A model generated the notes under the pieces. That model saw only the letters and a program-made list of their open reading frames with translations. It made no database searches and was not told the origin of the DNA. From contig NC_091478.1 in the NCBI RefSeq assembly GCF_036971445.1, forward strand, positions 19,716,001 to 19,780,000: a stretch of DNA of 64,000 nt, written 5' to 3'. Positions 47,801-61,469 of the stretch are shown piece after piece; the stretch's first letter is position 1; every line of letters starts with the position of its first letter. The translations under genes were made by a program, and so were the position numbers. This DNA is from Narcine bancroftii. Taxonomy: Eukaryota.

Positions 47801-48683
47801 GGTCAGGTCACCACTGGAGCCAGTCGAAAGTGACGGCAGGTAGTTGCAGAGCACTGCTGCCATGGTTGAGTCATTAGTAGAGCGTAGAGGGGGCAGTGCA
47901 TCCCAAGAGGGCAGCGCCCAGGGTAACCACAAGGTGGCCACTTTGTCGGCCAAGTAGACCTCCTTGTTCTGGAGAACCACCTCCAGCGTACCTGCCAGCT
48001 CAGCTGCTCTCCACAGACTGAGCTCCCCTGTTCCAAGAGACTCTGTCATGATATCCGTGATGTAGCCATCCCAGATCAGGTCCTCTGTATACTCCGCAGC
48101 GGACACAGTCTTGCATTCACAGGCCCTGCCGATATTCGGTGTTGGATTCACCAGGTCGCAGTATGCGGGTCACTAAAAGGTGTCTGGTGTGGATGACATT
48201 GATCTTACATAGGTACTGTCCTTTGAGTATGTCCATGGCTTCCTGGTATGATGTAGCATTCCTGATCATAGAATACACCAGGGTGCTGACCCGGGAGTGC
48301 AGCACTTGTAGTTTATTGGTCTCTGATCACAAATGCTAGAGGAAGCATGCAGGAATGTTTCAAAACTGCGCAGTCAGAGCTCAAAGTTGGTGGATACCTC
48401 AGATGATTAAAGGTCAATTTCCAACTTTTCTAGCTTCAGGATCTGCTCCAATGTAAAAAATATTTTTGTGAATAAAATTGATGCACAATCAATTACTTGA
48501 AAGACTTGTTGTTGAGGAACCAATAGGCTTTTATTCACTTAAGAACAATGGCACATCCTTGCACTGAGGAGGGGGCTGTGGAACAGTCACCTTAATACAG
48601 GAGCCTGTGAAAAGGGACCACAGGTACAGTCGGTCAATAGGTGTGCCTGACCAGACAAGTATATGCAACAGCGGTTCACCACA
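44815..48683 (-). mobile_element. Ty3/gypsy LTR retrotransposon, degenerate; 5' LTR present, 3' end lost
   Basis: Domain order on minus: gag (EQILKLEKLEID; knuckle remnant CSSCKKKGLYATV), protease (CLFDSGSMESF), RT (MVIDYSRTINRYMQLDAYPLP), RNase H (ESDASDF..AATLNQ; EKEAQAIVEA), integrase (CQVCAECK). Many frameshifts. Confidence 0.92.
48479..48683 (-). repeat. 5' LTR of the gypsy element (205 bp)
   Basis: Minus strand TGTGGTGA...GTGCATCA with a TATA-like GTATTAAG and AATAAA (48530-48535), directly upstream of gag. The second LTR is absent, so the boundary is inferred. Confidence 0.72.
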
Positions 48684-49539
48684 GTTAAGCTTAGACATAC
48701 ATACAGCACGGTAACAGGCCATTTTGGCCCACAGGTCCATGCCACTCAATTTACACCCCATCAACCTATGTTTTTGAACTGTGGGAGGAAACCGGAGCCC
48801 CCGGAGAAAACCCACAGACACGCGGAGAACGTACGAACTCCTTACAGACGACGTGGGACTCAAACTCCAATTGCTAGTTCTGTAAATGCATTGAACTAAC
48901 TGCTAGGCCAACTGTTCTGCCAAAGTTTGTGACCAGCAACAAATTATTATGTTTCATCATTTGAAACAAAAACCTTTAACTACCCTCTTCTTCTCATAAC
49001 CTTCAATTTTACTTCCTTGTTACTGATTATTCACCAATTTTAGGAAATCCCACTGTCATTTAATCTCTTATAAACTTTTAGAATTTTGGAAATCTCTGGT
49101 AGATTCCCTTAAATGATTGTTGCACAGAAAAAAATGCTTCTCTTAATTTTTCAACCGTTCAAAAAATAAATGATAAAATTGTAAGATCATGTAGCAGTTT
49201 GTGTTCAACTTCTGTTATCTCGAGAGGAACTGAATTTCAAAAGTATTTTTGCTAAAATGATAGAGAAAATTAGTTTATTGTCACACATATGGTACAGTTC
49301 TTACCTGCTGCAGCCAAACAGGTACTTGTAGGGGAAAAAAAATACCTATAATAATAAACTAATTGAATTAACTTAAAAGAGGCAATAAATACATAAGATG
49401 GATAATAAATATTCACAGCAATCCAAGTGCAAAAAATGATCTGCCATAGTGCAGACAGTCCATGATAAGTGTTCCAAGGGGTGGATCCAGAGCCTAATAG
49501 TAATTGGAAAGAAACTGTTCTTTTATTTTAAGATTTAAA

Positions 49540-49795
49540 AATTTATTTTTTATTTTTCACACTATGAACCATATTAACGAAAATACACACAAACATTTCC
49601 CTCTTGAATATACACAGTGTCATTTTCTCCCCTTTTTCCCCCTCCCTTCCCTCCCTCCTTCCCACCCCCCTCCCTGCCCACTAAACGTTCAACATATACA
49701 ATTCAATAAACCCATTAAACAATGTCATCACACAATGAAAATAAACAAGAAAATTGTGTCATCTACTTTTACCCACTGGGTCAGTTCATTTCATC
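49540..49795 (-). mobile_element. L1-type 3' tail fragment
   Basis: Similar to 36193-36352 (TTTATTTTTCACAC..AACCA..TTAAC; ATATACA..GTG.CATTTTCTCC); T-rich end. Confidence 0.6.
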
Positions 49796-50088
49796 TGAAA
49801 GAAATTGTTCTTGAAGAGTATTTTTTAAGGATTGTCAAAATATATCTGATGGCCTTTGTTCTTTATTCGAGATAGCTCCCTTCACTAACTGCTATATCTG
49901 TCAAAACAGAGAATTTTGCTATATGTTATGTTCCACTTTATCAAACATCATGCAAAAGCTGATGTCTGCCATCCAAAATATTCCCTTTAATTGTGGACAG
50001 AGTAAAAGTTAAATTAAATACACCTTGTCAGGGATTGCTTCCTCAATGTCCTTCCAAAGTTAACTATTTAAAATAGGATGCAGAGACA

Positions 50089-50222
50089 NNNNNNNNNNNN
50101 NNNNNNNNNNNNNNNNNNNNNNNNNNNNNNNNNNNNNNNNNNNNNNNNNNNNNNNNNNNNNNNNNNNNNNNNNNNNNNNNNNNNNNNNNNNNNNNNNNNN
50201 NNNNNNNNNNNNNNNNNNNNNN
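50089..50222. other. Assembly gap (134 N)
   Basis: Run of N. Confidence 1.
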
Positions 50223-53139
50223 AATTGTCAGTCTTTTTCTAAAACCAGAGGGCATGCATTTAAGGAGACACGAGGGGCAACTTTTTCACAGATTAAGTGG
50301 AAAAAGCTGGCAGATGAAATGGTTGAGGTGGGTACAATTACAATGTTTTAAAAGGACTGAACAAAGACATCGATAGGAAAGGTTTAGAAGGATATGAGGC
50401 AAGCTGAAGTAGAAAACTTGATTAGCACTGACAAAGGGCCTGTTTCCATGCTATAAAACTCTATGACTCCAAGAAGGATTGACTCTGAATAGATTTTGCA
50501 AACAGCCTCAGCAAGTGTGCCATATTGGACGGATTTGGCGTGTACTTTATTGTGAGGATATAATGAGAGGAAACAATAGGCAGTTCTCAATCTCCCGCAG
50601 AATCTTTAACCCCTCTCCTCAAATTCTAAAAACACTTACACTCGTTTTTAGTTATATCCTCAGAAAGGAGCTTATTAGTATGAGTTTTACTGCTATTTAT
50701 GTCCATGTGCTGTGTTGGGAATTTTGCTGTTTCACACTGTTTGATATCTATCAGAGAATTATTAACAGCTCTCTCATGCTGAAAGCTCTGACTCACACCA
50801 TTATGTGTTGACAGTTGTGGATTTCTTGACATCTTAACACAATGATCAGACCTTTGTGATCTTTTTCAGATGGCAAGAGGTTCTTAGCAGTTCTTCCTGT
50901 TGCCGACCAGCATTTTAACAACTGCTTGCTAATTTCTCCACACTCTGTGGAATTGTAAACTTCTTTGCAAAACATTACCCACAGACCCAAGCAAATCCAT
51001 GTGGATGCTCCTGGCTTTCTAAACTGGATCTTGAAACATCCTTGTTAGCAATTACAAACAGGGCAATTATTTTTGTGAGTCTTTTAGGTAAGGTAAATGG
51101 ATAGTTTTATTCCCAGGGTAGGGAAAGTTCTAATGTTTGTACGTTCTCCCCGTGTAAGGAGTTTGTACGCTCTCCCCCATGTCTGCATGGATTTCCTCCA
51201 GGTGCTCCGCCTCTGGTTTCCTCCCCAAAAAATCTGTATGGTAAGTGTAGGTCAACTGAGTGTAATTGGGCGGCACAGGCTCATGGGCCGGAAAGGCCTG
51301 TTACTGTGCTGTATGCCTAAAAAAATTGGAAACAATGGGACAGAGACTGTTTCCAGGCAGTTCGATTCCATGACTTTATAATTTGCTTTCTTGGCTTTCT
51401 AAATTGTTTGGTTATATTATTACAGCTGAGCACTTAGTATCCATGTTCTAATTAACCATGTAAGTACTTCTTTCCAGATAATACCTCCTGGGACCCGGGT
51501 GCAATCACTGGGGCAAAGGTGCTGCACCTTTCAAATCGCAGGGGGATCGACTCATTAAATCGCCAACCCAGCGATTTAAGGGGGATTCCGCTCCAGTAAT
51601 GATGCATTGCGCATTCATCGGAAATACTGCCAGACGTACAGAAGCTGGCTGCCCGGTGACTCATGCACGCAAGCACTGACATCACCGGAATCAGCGGGTT
51701 AGCCATTGCCTGTGGACGAGTCCTAGGTAAGTTTAACTGGGTTCCCTGACTACTTCTGAGGTACGTCAGGGACCCAGTTGGCTTCGGGCGGGGTTGATCG
51801 GTTCGGTCCCTTTCTAACTGCCGTGTAACTGGGGCGCTAACCGGGTAAATTGCGTTTTACATGTCAATCTGAAGGGCCTTGTCTGACAAGTATTCCTTTA
51901 CCATCATGTATCAGTTTAAATTTAAATGTAGACATACAGCACGTAACAGGACCTTTCGGCCCACGAGCCTGTGCTGCCCTACACACTCCGTATGTTTTGA
52001 AGGGTGGGAGGAAATTGCAGCACCTGGAGGAAACCCACGCAGTCATGGGGAGAAAGTACAAACTCCTCACAGACAGCGCCGGATACGAACCTGGGTCACT
52101 GGCACTGTATTAACATTGCTCTAATTGCTGTGCTAACGGTGACACCCCCAAAATTGGCTCAGTTATTTTTACTTAATCTTTTAGGGCTGCGTTCATGGAC
52201 TTTGAGCATTTAATTCAGTTTAATATGATGGGAATGTTGATTTGTCAAAGACTCTCAAATGAATATTTTAATTAAATCCTTCTCTGTTTAGCTGGATGCA
52301 AATAATCCATTGGTATTATTCAAAGGAGGTCACACAGTATTAGGAGTGAGGAGGGTTTGGAGGAAGTGATTGGGGTGTGAATTCACCCCACGTATAAGTC
52401 AACACCATCTGTCAACCACCACTATTAAAAACAAATTTACTGGACAATTTTCTACCCCCCTCCCCCCCACAACAAGCTCAAATTGGCCACCATCTATACT
52501 GAAGTAGCAGCAATGATTGCATTGCAAAAGACTCAGTAGAAATACTCCTGCATTCAACCAAGGATTGACTTCTGTATGATCAATATGTGCTACAGTTCCA
52601 GTAAGTAATGTAGGAGTATTACTGCGCTGTCTGTTGCATGCCTGAAATGGATTTACAATAGTAATGCATTTAAAGCATTAAAAAAACACATTCTGCAAAA
52701 GATTATTTGCTGAAGCATATTAAAATTAAAACATGATTACAGCAAACGTTCCCTGATGTTGAATTACTGTTACCACATCTCTCCTGTCTTTTCACCTTTT
52801 AATTGCACAGCTTTACATTATGGTCACTGGTCCAGTGCCCAACCATTAATAATCAGTCGTGCACACCCAATGCTTATGAGCCACACATATTGTGCAGTCA
52901 ACACCACAATAAGTTTGTGAGAAATTTGTTCAACTGATCTCAGATGAGGGCCATTTCTTAAGCAACCAACATTTCTTCAAAGGGAAATGGATGTCCATGA
53001 TATCAATAATTCCAACATGACTTGCAATTTTCTGGATTAAATGCTGACATCAACAGCCTGGGCATGTGAGAAGTCAAGCTAAAGTTACCAACTGGTATTT
53101 TTATCTTAAAACTCCACTTCATTTAGTTGAGATTTGGTT

Positions 53140-53570
53140 ATGCATCAGTTGGTAGAACTCTTTGCTTAGAGTCTGAGACAGAAGCTTGTGGGTTTAGGAG
53201 CTATTGCAGAGACTTTGGTACAGAAATCCACACTGTTGCTTCAGATGAATACCAACGAGCTGGACTGTGGGAAATGCTGTCCTTCAGAACATTATTGTTG
53301 AACTAAGAACCAACCTACTCTTTAAGTGGAGATAAACAATCCCAGTCCACACGTAAAGCTCACCAGTTATTTTACTAAGCATTGCCCTTTAATCAATATT
53401 TTTCTTAAACCAAATTATCTAATTATTATCATATTGCAATTTATAAGATCTTTGTACAAGTTGGCTGCCAGATTTCCTACATTATTACAAGCATTAGACT
53501 TGAATGCCATAGATTGATTTGGAAGCATCTAGAAAGAGATGTGAAAAGTACAATATAAATGCAAGTTTTA
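53140..53570 (+). mobile_element. Ancient DeuSINE (SacSINE1-like) remnant
   Basis: TCAGTTGGTAG A-box, GTGGGTTTAG B-box remnant, TTGGCTGCCAGATTTCCTACATT and ATATAAATGCAAG tail; recognised from memory and heavily diverged. Confidence 0.5.
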
Positions 53571-53779
53571 AAAAAAAGTGATGTTTGTAATAGAGAAGTG
53601 AGTCTGATGTTTTAATTGCAATGCAATAAGCAAATTGTCATTGTCACGCTCCAAGCTTCAACAGTTAGATTCGAACAGAAACAGACAACCTTCATATATC
53701 ACTCACATTATGCCTGGTACAGGGAGTTCTTCTGTTAGTAGAGCAGCAGATTAACTCTGACATTCATATAGTCATATAA

Positions 53780-54030
53780 TATACAAGAGCACCATTACAG
53801 TATATAGAGCTTCATGAAAAAAAAACAATGAATCTGTACATAGCAAGGGCAACATGACACCATTGTTTGTGGGGTTCATTCAGGAGCCTGATGGCTGCAG
53901 GGAAGAAACTGTCTTTAAGCCTGTTGGTGCACGATTTCACAATATTGAAGCTCTGCCCAATGGAAGTAGGAAGTAGAGAGTGTGTCCGAGGATTGGCTGC
54001 TTTTCCTCTGTAGACAGAGTCCACAGAGTG
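53780..54030 (-). mobile_element. Rex1/Babar-like LINE 3' fragment
   Basis: TNRLKDSFFPAAIRLLN C-terminal motif. Confidence 0.7.
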
Positions 54031-55184
54031 AAGTGAAAGAAAGGAAGAGACTTCTCAGGAGGAAAGGGGTGGCACAGTTAACGTAGCGATTAGCATGACG
54101 CTATCACAGTGCCAGTGACCCAGGTTCGAATCTGGCACTGTCTGTAACAAGTTTGTACATTCTCCCTGTGTCTGCGTGGGTTTCTCTGGGTGCTTTCCAC
54201 TGTTCAAAACGTTCGGTGTTGTGGGTTAATTGGATGTAAGTGGGCCGCATGGGTCTCAACGGCTGAAATAAGCTATTACAAATTTGAAAATGAAGTCTAA
54301 ATTTAAAATTAGAAGGAAAATCTAACACACATTTTCTTAGGTGTGTTGCCTTGCCTCATTAGTTCCTCCAGTTAAGCATCAGGGAATATTTTCACGAAAG
54401 GACTGACGACTTTGATGGCAGTGAATTTGTTGACGTTATTTTACCTTTTCATATTCTGCATGTCATTGATATTTGTCACCAAACATAATTAGATCATTTT
54501 ATCTTATGCTGATGAAGTAAATCTCAATTTTCTGCTTCATCATGCAGGTGAAAAGAGAATTTCAATCATTAAATGTTTTAACTTTTAAAAAGTTTAGATA
54601 TATAGCGCGGTAACAGGCCCTTTTGGTATACGGGTATGTAGGCATACGGATATTATTGTTGATTGGCACCACTTTATGAATCTCGATCCAAATCAGATGA
54701 ATGCTTGGAGCTCATCTGTTTACAATAAATATTAAGGACTGAAATGAGGGATCTGGGTGTTGTTCCTCCAAGTTTTCTGACAATAGAAATCCAGGCAAGG
54801 AGGGCCTAGAAAGATTTCTAAAAGAATGCAGAAAAGTAGTCAGGGGTTGAAGGTGGAAAAGCGAGTGAAGGAAACCATCCATCCGCTGGGGAAACAATGA
54901 AAGGCTGAGTATATCTCCAGGACAAGGGTTTGGAAAATGTTTGTGTTTAGGGAGGTGTTCTTTACGTGGATCACAGACAGTTATCATGCTGGCGTAGCAA
55001 GGAATTGGGTAACCAAATTATTTTTATATTTGTTTACAGGATGTGGGCATTGCTGGAAAGACCAACCCTTCTCGACCATCTTAAATTTCCCATGAAATGT
55101 GGGTTAACAAACTTACTTCAGAAGTCTGCTAGGATTTAAGCAAGTTGCTGGATGTCATAAGAGAGCACAAGTGATAGAGCATAA

Positions 55185-56110
55185 TAACATAGGAAATAGA
55201 AGCAGAACTAGGCCACCTGCCCCATCGAGCCCGCTCTGTTATTCAATAAGATCGCGGCTGATCTGGCTATGGACTCAGCTCCACCCACCTGCCTTTTCTC
55301 CATAACCATAATTCCCCTACACTACAATGCAAATACAAGTAATCCCCGACATATGTCCATTCTGGATGACTGATCGTATCTCCGAATGGATGTATGTCAG
55401 AATTGCCCTACCTGTAATACTGAAGAGTAAAACAATGGATTTCCTTCCATTCTCTATCTCTGAATCCTTCTCATTCCCTCTCTTGCTGCAGACCCTGAGC
55501 ACCCTGCGGACTCTACTGGCCTCTAAACTGTCTGACCGTCAGAATATTGAGCAACAGAATCAGAAAAAAACAGGACTCAAGGAGTTAAAATGCAGTGAAA
55601 TATCTCAACATGGCGGCCTCCAAGGCCAACTCTCGTGAGAAGTTAGACACCAGGCAGCATGGCAGTCATCAAGGCCAGCTCTCACGAGAGGTTGGCCAGC
55701 AGCCAACATGGCGACTGCCATAGATAGGCCCGATTTTCACTGTAATAGCATGTTTTATTTTTTTTTTAAATAAAATTTGGTTGTATGTGCGGATGGTTGT
55801 AAGTCGCATAGGTCACAAGTTGGAGAGAAAATTCCACTCACTGGGAAAAGCAGTCCCTCCTCATCTCTGTCCTAAATTAAATCCCCCAAATCTTGAGAAT
55901 ATGTCTCCCAGCTCTACGACTTTCCTGCCTCTATCTTTTCTATCCTTTTCATCATTTTACATGTTTCTATAAGATTCCCTCTCATTCTTTTGCATTCCAG
56001 TGAGTATGGTCCCAGGTGACTAAATCTCTCCTCACAGGCTGACCCCTTCATCTCTGGAATCAAGGTGGTAAACCTCCTCTGCACCACCTCCAATGCCAGT
56101 ACATCATTTC
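55185..56110 (-). mobile_element. CR1-like LINE 3' fragment interrupted by a Tigger-like MITE (~55334-55826)
   Basis: DVLALEVVQRRFTTLIPEMKG..EERFSHLGPYSLE..RMRGNLIE; the insert begins TACAAGTAATCCCCGAC and ends GGTTGTAAGTCGCATAGGTCACAAGTTGG (Tigger-type GTCGTAAGTCG subterminal repeats). Confidence 0.72.
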
Positions 56111-57034
56111 TCAATTGGGCAGCACGGACTCATGGGCCGAAATAGCCTGTTACCGTGCTGAATGTCTAAATTTAATTTTTTTTTAAATTACAACTTCCAT
56201 GCAAGTTTAGTCATACCCACAATGAGCTTGCACATTGAAAAGAAAACATATTTGCTTATCTTTGTTCATCTTTTTTAATTTCTCCATTTTAGTTCAGACA
56301 GCTAAACCTGACCTTGGAAGCCCACTTGAATAACAGGTTAACTTTTGGGTACTTTCCAAGGAAGGCCCAGCCCTTCACAAGCAATGGAAAATGAACTCTC
56401 AGAGACTCATTTTCACACGAATGGTACAAACCAAAGGTTGTTCAGATCAATTTCCTCAGAGGATGACAAAGAATGATAAAACTCTCATTTCCTTCCACAG
56501 GAAGCCGGAAATCCGCAGTAGAATTTGCTTATGGTTGAGGAGAACAAATACAAGCCCATCGCACCTACAATTTATCTTAATTTGTGTGCAATGATTTGCT
56601 TACAGTGACATAATACTGCCAACTCATAATGCAGGTACATTTGAAACATGTTGCTTCCATATTTACATTTTAAAACATGTGACTGCATTTTCAGGTTTAA
56701 CCCAGCATTTGAAAACTTGGTGAGAAATGAACACGCATTGGATTTTGGTTCTTTTTTCTCATGCTCCACTTGGCAAGATTTTTCAAAATGTGCAACCTAA
56801 CTAAAGTGTTATCCTTCCATTACTAGCAATACCCCCTCAACTTGCGAATGAGGAGACTGTCCAGCTGGATAATCTATTGCCACAGGCATGCATTGAAGGG
56901 GAATACAATCGAGGTTCTCATAGAAACATTGATGCAAACCATGGAAAGGCAAGAGACCTGAACAACCTGGGAGGTGTGGCTTGCAGAGGCTTTGCCACCA
57001 TGGCCTGTGCATGTAAAGCTGGAGCTGACATCTC

Positions 57035-57590
57035 TTCCTATTAACCACTCATCCCTTCCCATTAATCACCCCCTTGGCACCTTCCCCTGCAGCCGTAGGA
57101 AGTACCACACCTCCTCCCTCACCACCATTCGGGGCCTCAAACTGTTCATCCAAGTGAAGCAATACCTCTCTTGTGAATCTGCAGATGTCATCTACTGCGT
57201 TCGGTACTTAGGTTGTGGCCCTCTCTACATCTGAGAGACTGGACGCAGACTGGAAAAATGTTTCACTGAGCATCTTCACTCTACATCAATGAGAGGGATC
57301 TCCCAGTGGCCTAATATTTCAATTCTGCACCCCACTCCCTCGCTGACATGTCTGTCCATGCCCTCGTGTACTGTCAAATCAAGACAACCCGTAAATTAGA
57401 GGAGCTATTTTCCATCCACCCACTCTCCAAGCGGATGGTACTAACATCAACTGCTCCTGTTTCTGTGAACCTACTCCCTGTTCTCTCTCTCTTCCCCATT
57501 GCTCTGTCTTCTTTTTCCCAACTGAGTTTCTCTGGCATTGAGTTTTTACTTCAATCACAGTATCTGCAGACTGTTGTGTTTTACACCTAA
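57035..57590 (+). mobile_element. Penelope-like element 3' fragment (GIY-YIG endonuclease region)
   Basis: SCESADVIYCVRYLGCGPLYI*ETGRRLEKCFTEHL; ends in the family terminal motif TCACAGTATCTGCAGACT. Confidence 0.85.
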
Positions 57591-58079
57591 CATTGAAGAG
57601 GTTGCTGAGTTCCCCAACTCAACAAGGAGAGACCCTGGCATATCCACTTCAGCCCTCCATTGACTCTGTCTGTACCTCCCCCGACTCAGGAAAACTGCCA
57701 ACATAAAAGGACCCATTCCCACCAATGTCATGCTTCTTCTCTCCCTTTCTACTCGGCAGAATTACATGAGTTTGTGAACACGACCCTCCAGATTAAAGGA
57801 CAGTTTTTTTTCTTCTCTTCTCATGCTTATTTTTCTAAATTTAGTGATACAGCAGGTAACAGGCCCATCCTGTCCATGAGCCCGTGACACCTAAATGCAC
57901 ACATGACAAATTAGCCCATCAACCCCGTAATCTTTGGAGTGAGGGAGGAAACCAAAGGACCCAGAGGAAGCCCATGCAATCACAGGGAGAACGTACAAAC
58001 AGACAGTGGTGAATTTGAAGCACCAATGCGTTAACTTCTACGCCATCTTAAATGGATATCTATTAGTAAAAGATGACGG

Positions 58080-58430
58080 CCTGGGTCTGATTTAACTGTA
58101 GAAGAGGTTGTGACCAGGATGACGGGGTCCTTTATAACGTTAGCTGACTTCTTATAGATGTCTGCACTGGATGGGAGGTCGGGACCCATGATAAACTTGG
58201 GTATGCTTGCTTGCTGCTTGTTGCAGTTTTTCTGCATTCCTGGGCACTTGAATTACAAAACCAGGCTGTGACGCAACCCCTCAGTATACTTTCCACACTG
58301 CACCTCCAGGAATTTAATAGTGACATGCAAAATCTCCTCAGAGAAAGATGAGGTGTTGGTGTGACTTCTTTACAGTTGCCTCAACGTCCTGGCTTCAGGA
58401 GAGCTCCTCCAATATATGGACTACAACATG
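58080..58430 (-). mobile_element. Rex1/Babar-like LINE fragment
   Basis: RCSVESILRGCVTAWFCNSSAQ motif. Confidence 0.7.
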
Positions 58431-59784
58431 GACTCCAATCTGTGGAATACATTGGTCAATGTAAAGATAGAAAGTACGTGAATATCTGTTTGTCAAAGCT
58501 TGAGTACTTGTCCAAACTCTTGTCCTCATGTTGTCGGTAAGATGCAATAGCAATGGAGAGAAATATTTATGAAGATGGAAGAAAATGGTCCTCGCCATGA
58601 GAGACAACACCCACAGATTTCCTTTTCTTCCACTTATGTAGAGTTCTTGTAGTGATGCTCTGAAGCATCACCCGAGATGATTGTGCCAGTTTTTGGGTGG
58701 ACTCAGCTTCTTGAAAGGGAGATGAAGGTGAAATAGTTGTCACAAGATGAGAGTGCCCATGTAAGGGCTTTGCATTAAAACACAGAAAAGAATCTGCTTT
58801 GGTCATGGGTAGTGTCATTGTCTATGGAAGGAGAAGGAACAGAAAGGCATGAATAGAACAAAGATTTAATGTTTAATTTTTAATTTAGACATACAACAGG
58901 TAATTCAGACCATGGTAACAGGCCATTTCGGCCCACAAGTTCATGTCGCCCAATTACTCCAATTAACCTACTCCCCTGGAACATTTCGAACAGTGGGAGG
59001 AAACTGGAGCCCCTGGGAAAACCCAAGGGGAGAACAAAGAGTGTGGGATTCGAACCCTGGTCCTGATCGCTGGCGCTGTAAAGGCATTGTGCTAACAGCT
59101 ACGCCAACCGTGCCACCCTGAAGATCCAACACCTCTTTAATCAAAGCGTGCTGTGGCGCAACGAGTCAGTATACTGACTGTCTGATGGTAAATCTTGAAC
59201 CAGAAAATGGCCTTTTCTTTCCTAAGTGTTTTCCTCAACTTCTTCTAATATATTCCAGGTCAGCCTTTTTCTATCATTTTGACAAAGCATATGAATGAAA
59301 ATATTCTTTCAACACAAGATGATTGAATCTGACTGAAGGAAATTATATCATCTGCATTTCTGGATGCACTGCATAACAGAAATAACCTGTAAGTTCATAG
59401 AAAGCATGCTCAACCATTTACATGAGGCATTGTTCCAGGTATCTCTGACAGATTCTGAGATATATCACTGGGGAGCTCAAAGTTCATGTGCTTGATAACA
59501 AAACCACAGTCCCTTATAAACAAACACATTGGAGATAAGATTTGTGTGACTTAAAACTGCTACATGTGCCATATCCCCAGGGCACACGGCTGCAGGGCTG
59601 AATTTGCCAGTACTGTTGTTCAGAAGAAAAATGTGAGGAAGTGACAAACTTTGGGTTCTACCTGTTCTCCCACATCTCAAGGATGCGCTGGAAGGTCAAT
59701 TAGCTACTGTAAAGATATTGCCTTGTGCAGGGGGGTGGAATAGCTGGAGGATGGAGAAGGTGATGGACCAGGTGGGGAGGAGGG

Positions 59785-61290
59785 GCTGACATGAGGAGAG
59801 GGCTAAGATCAACCTGCGGAAAGCTGCTGGTCTGGATAGCATTCCCGTCAGAGTGCTCAGGAGATGTGTGGTTCAGCTAGCAGATGTCCTCACCGACATC
59901 TTTAACATCTCCCTGAGAAGTGCCGTGGTCCCCCACGTGCTTCAAAGCCCTCTCCATTGTTCCCGTGCCACAGTGGTCGGCTGTGTCCTGTCTCAATGAC
60001 TACCGCCCTGTCGCACTCATGTCCATTGTCTTGAAGTGCTTCGAGAAGCTCATCATGGGGCACATCAAGCTCTTGCTGCCCCCATCACTAGACCCCCTGC
60101 AGTTCGCATATAACTGCTCTACAGACGATGCCATGGCCACTGCCCTCCATCTAGCCCTCACCCACCTGGAATAAAAGGATTCAGATGTTCGAATGCTGTT
60201 TATTGACATTATCTCCGCATTCAACACAATCATACCTCAGTACATGATAAGGAAGTTGAACCTACTGGATCTAAACACCTCCCTCTGCAATTGGATTCTT
60301 GACTTCCTGTCGGGGAGACCTTAGGCAGTCCGGATTGGTAACAGCACCTCCAAGACCATCACACTGAGCATGAGAGTCCCCCAGGGCTGGGTGCTTCGTC
60401 CACTGCTGTTCACTCTGCTGACCCACGACTGGGCAGCTAAACACAGCTCGAATCACATCATCAAGTTCGCTGATGTCACGACTGTGGTGGGCCTGATCAG
60501 TAAGAATGACGAGTTGGTGTACAGGGATGAGGGGCAGTTGCTAACGGACTGGTGCACATCCAACAACCTCTATCTAAACATTAAAAAAACAAAGGAGGTG
60601 GTTGTCGACCTCAAGATGGCCCAGGGGAACCATGCTCTGCTGACCATTGATGGCTCCACCATTGAGGTCGTCAAGTGAATCAAATTCCTTGGAGTGCACT
60701 TGTTGTGGTACCTCACCTGGTCCCTTAACACCAGCTCCATAGACAAAAAAGCCCAGCAGCGCCTCTACTTCCTGCGAAGGCCGAGGAAAGTTCATATCAC
60801 ATCTTCCATCCTCACATTCTATGGAGGATGTATTGAAAGGATCCTGTGCAACTGCATCACCGCCTGGTTTGGAAGCTGTACCACCTCGGACAGCAAAGAC
60901 CCTGCAGAGGAGAGTGAAGTCAGCGGAAAAGGTCATTGGGGGGCTCTCTTCCTACTGTGAAGGACATCTACAACACTCGATGCAGGTGAAAAGCAATAAA
61001 CATTGTGAAGGATCCCACACATCCCTCACGTAAACTGTTCTCCCTCCTGCCATCTGGTAGGAGGTATTAAAGCATTTGGGCCCTTACGTCCAAAATGGGC
61101 AACAGGTTTTTCCCCAAGACATCAGGCTTCTGAACTTCCAGAACATTTGTAGATAGGGTACCTTGGACTGTTACTGTATATGTCTTAATATTTTAATGTG
61201 CTTAACTTCTGTTCTAACTTATATTTATGTAAATATGCTCCATAGTCCTGGAGAAATGCTATCTCATCTTTATTGTGAGGGCATGATATG
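59785..61290 (+). mobile_element. Rex1/Babar-clade LINE, 5'-truncated RT pseudogene
   Basis: [89 protein letters not shown]; stops and frameshifts; AATAAA tail. Confidence 0.92.
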
Positions 61291-61469
61291 AACGATAAAT
61301 AAAGATGACGAAATATGGTGAAATGCATTGAAGAGAATATTGTGGGAGCTGATATTAACTCAACAGTTGAGTGGCTTCCTATGTTGAACATAATGAGTAA
61401 TAGAGGAAAATAAAATGCAGCTATACCACTCCCATTACAGTCATCTTCATTTTAGGTCAGCTAAAGATG

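Noticed and set aside
50064-50255. 63-aa ORF
   Set aside because: Spans the N gap; artefact.
54065-54145. tRNA-like sequences with A/B boxes (also in other SINE heads)
   Set aside because: They continue into the V-SINE core and tail and have no complete cloverleaf, so they are SINE heads, not tRNA genes.
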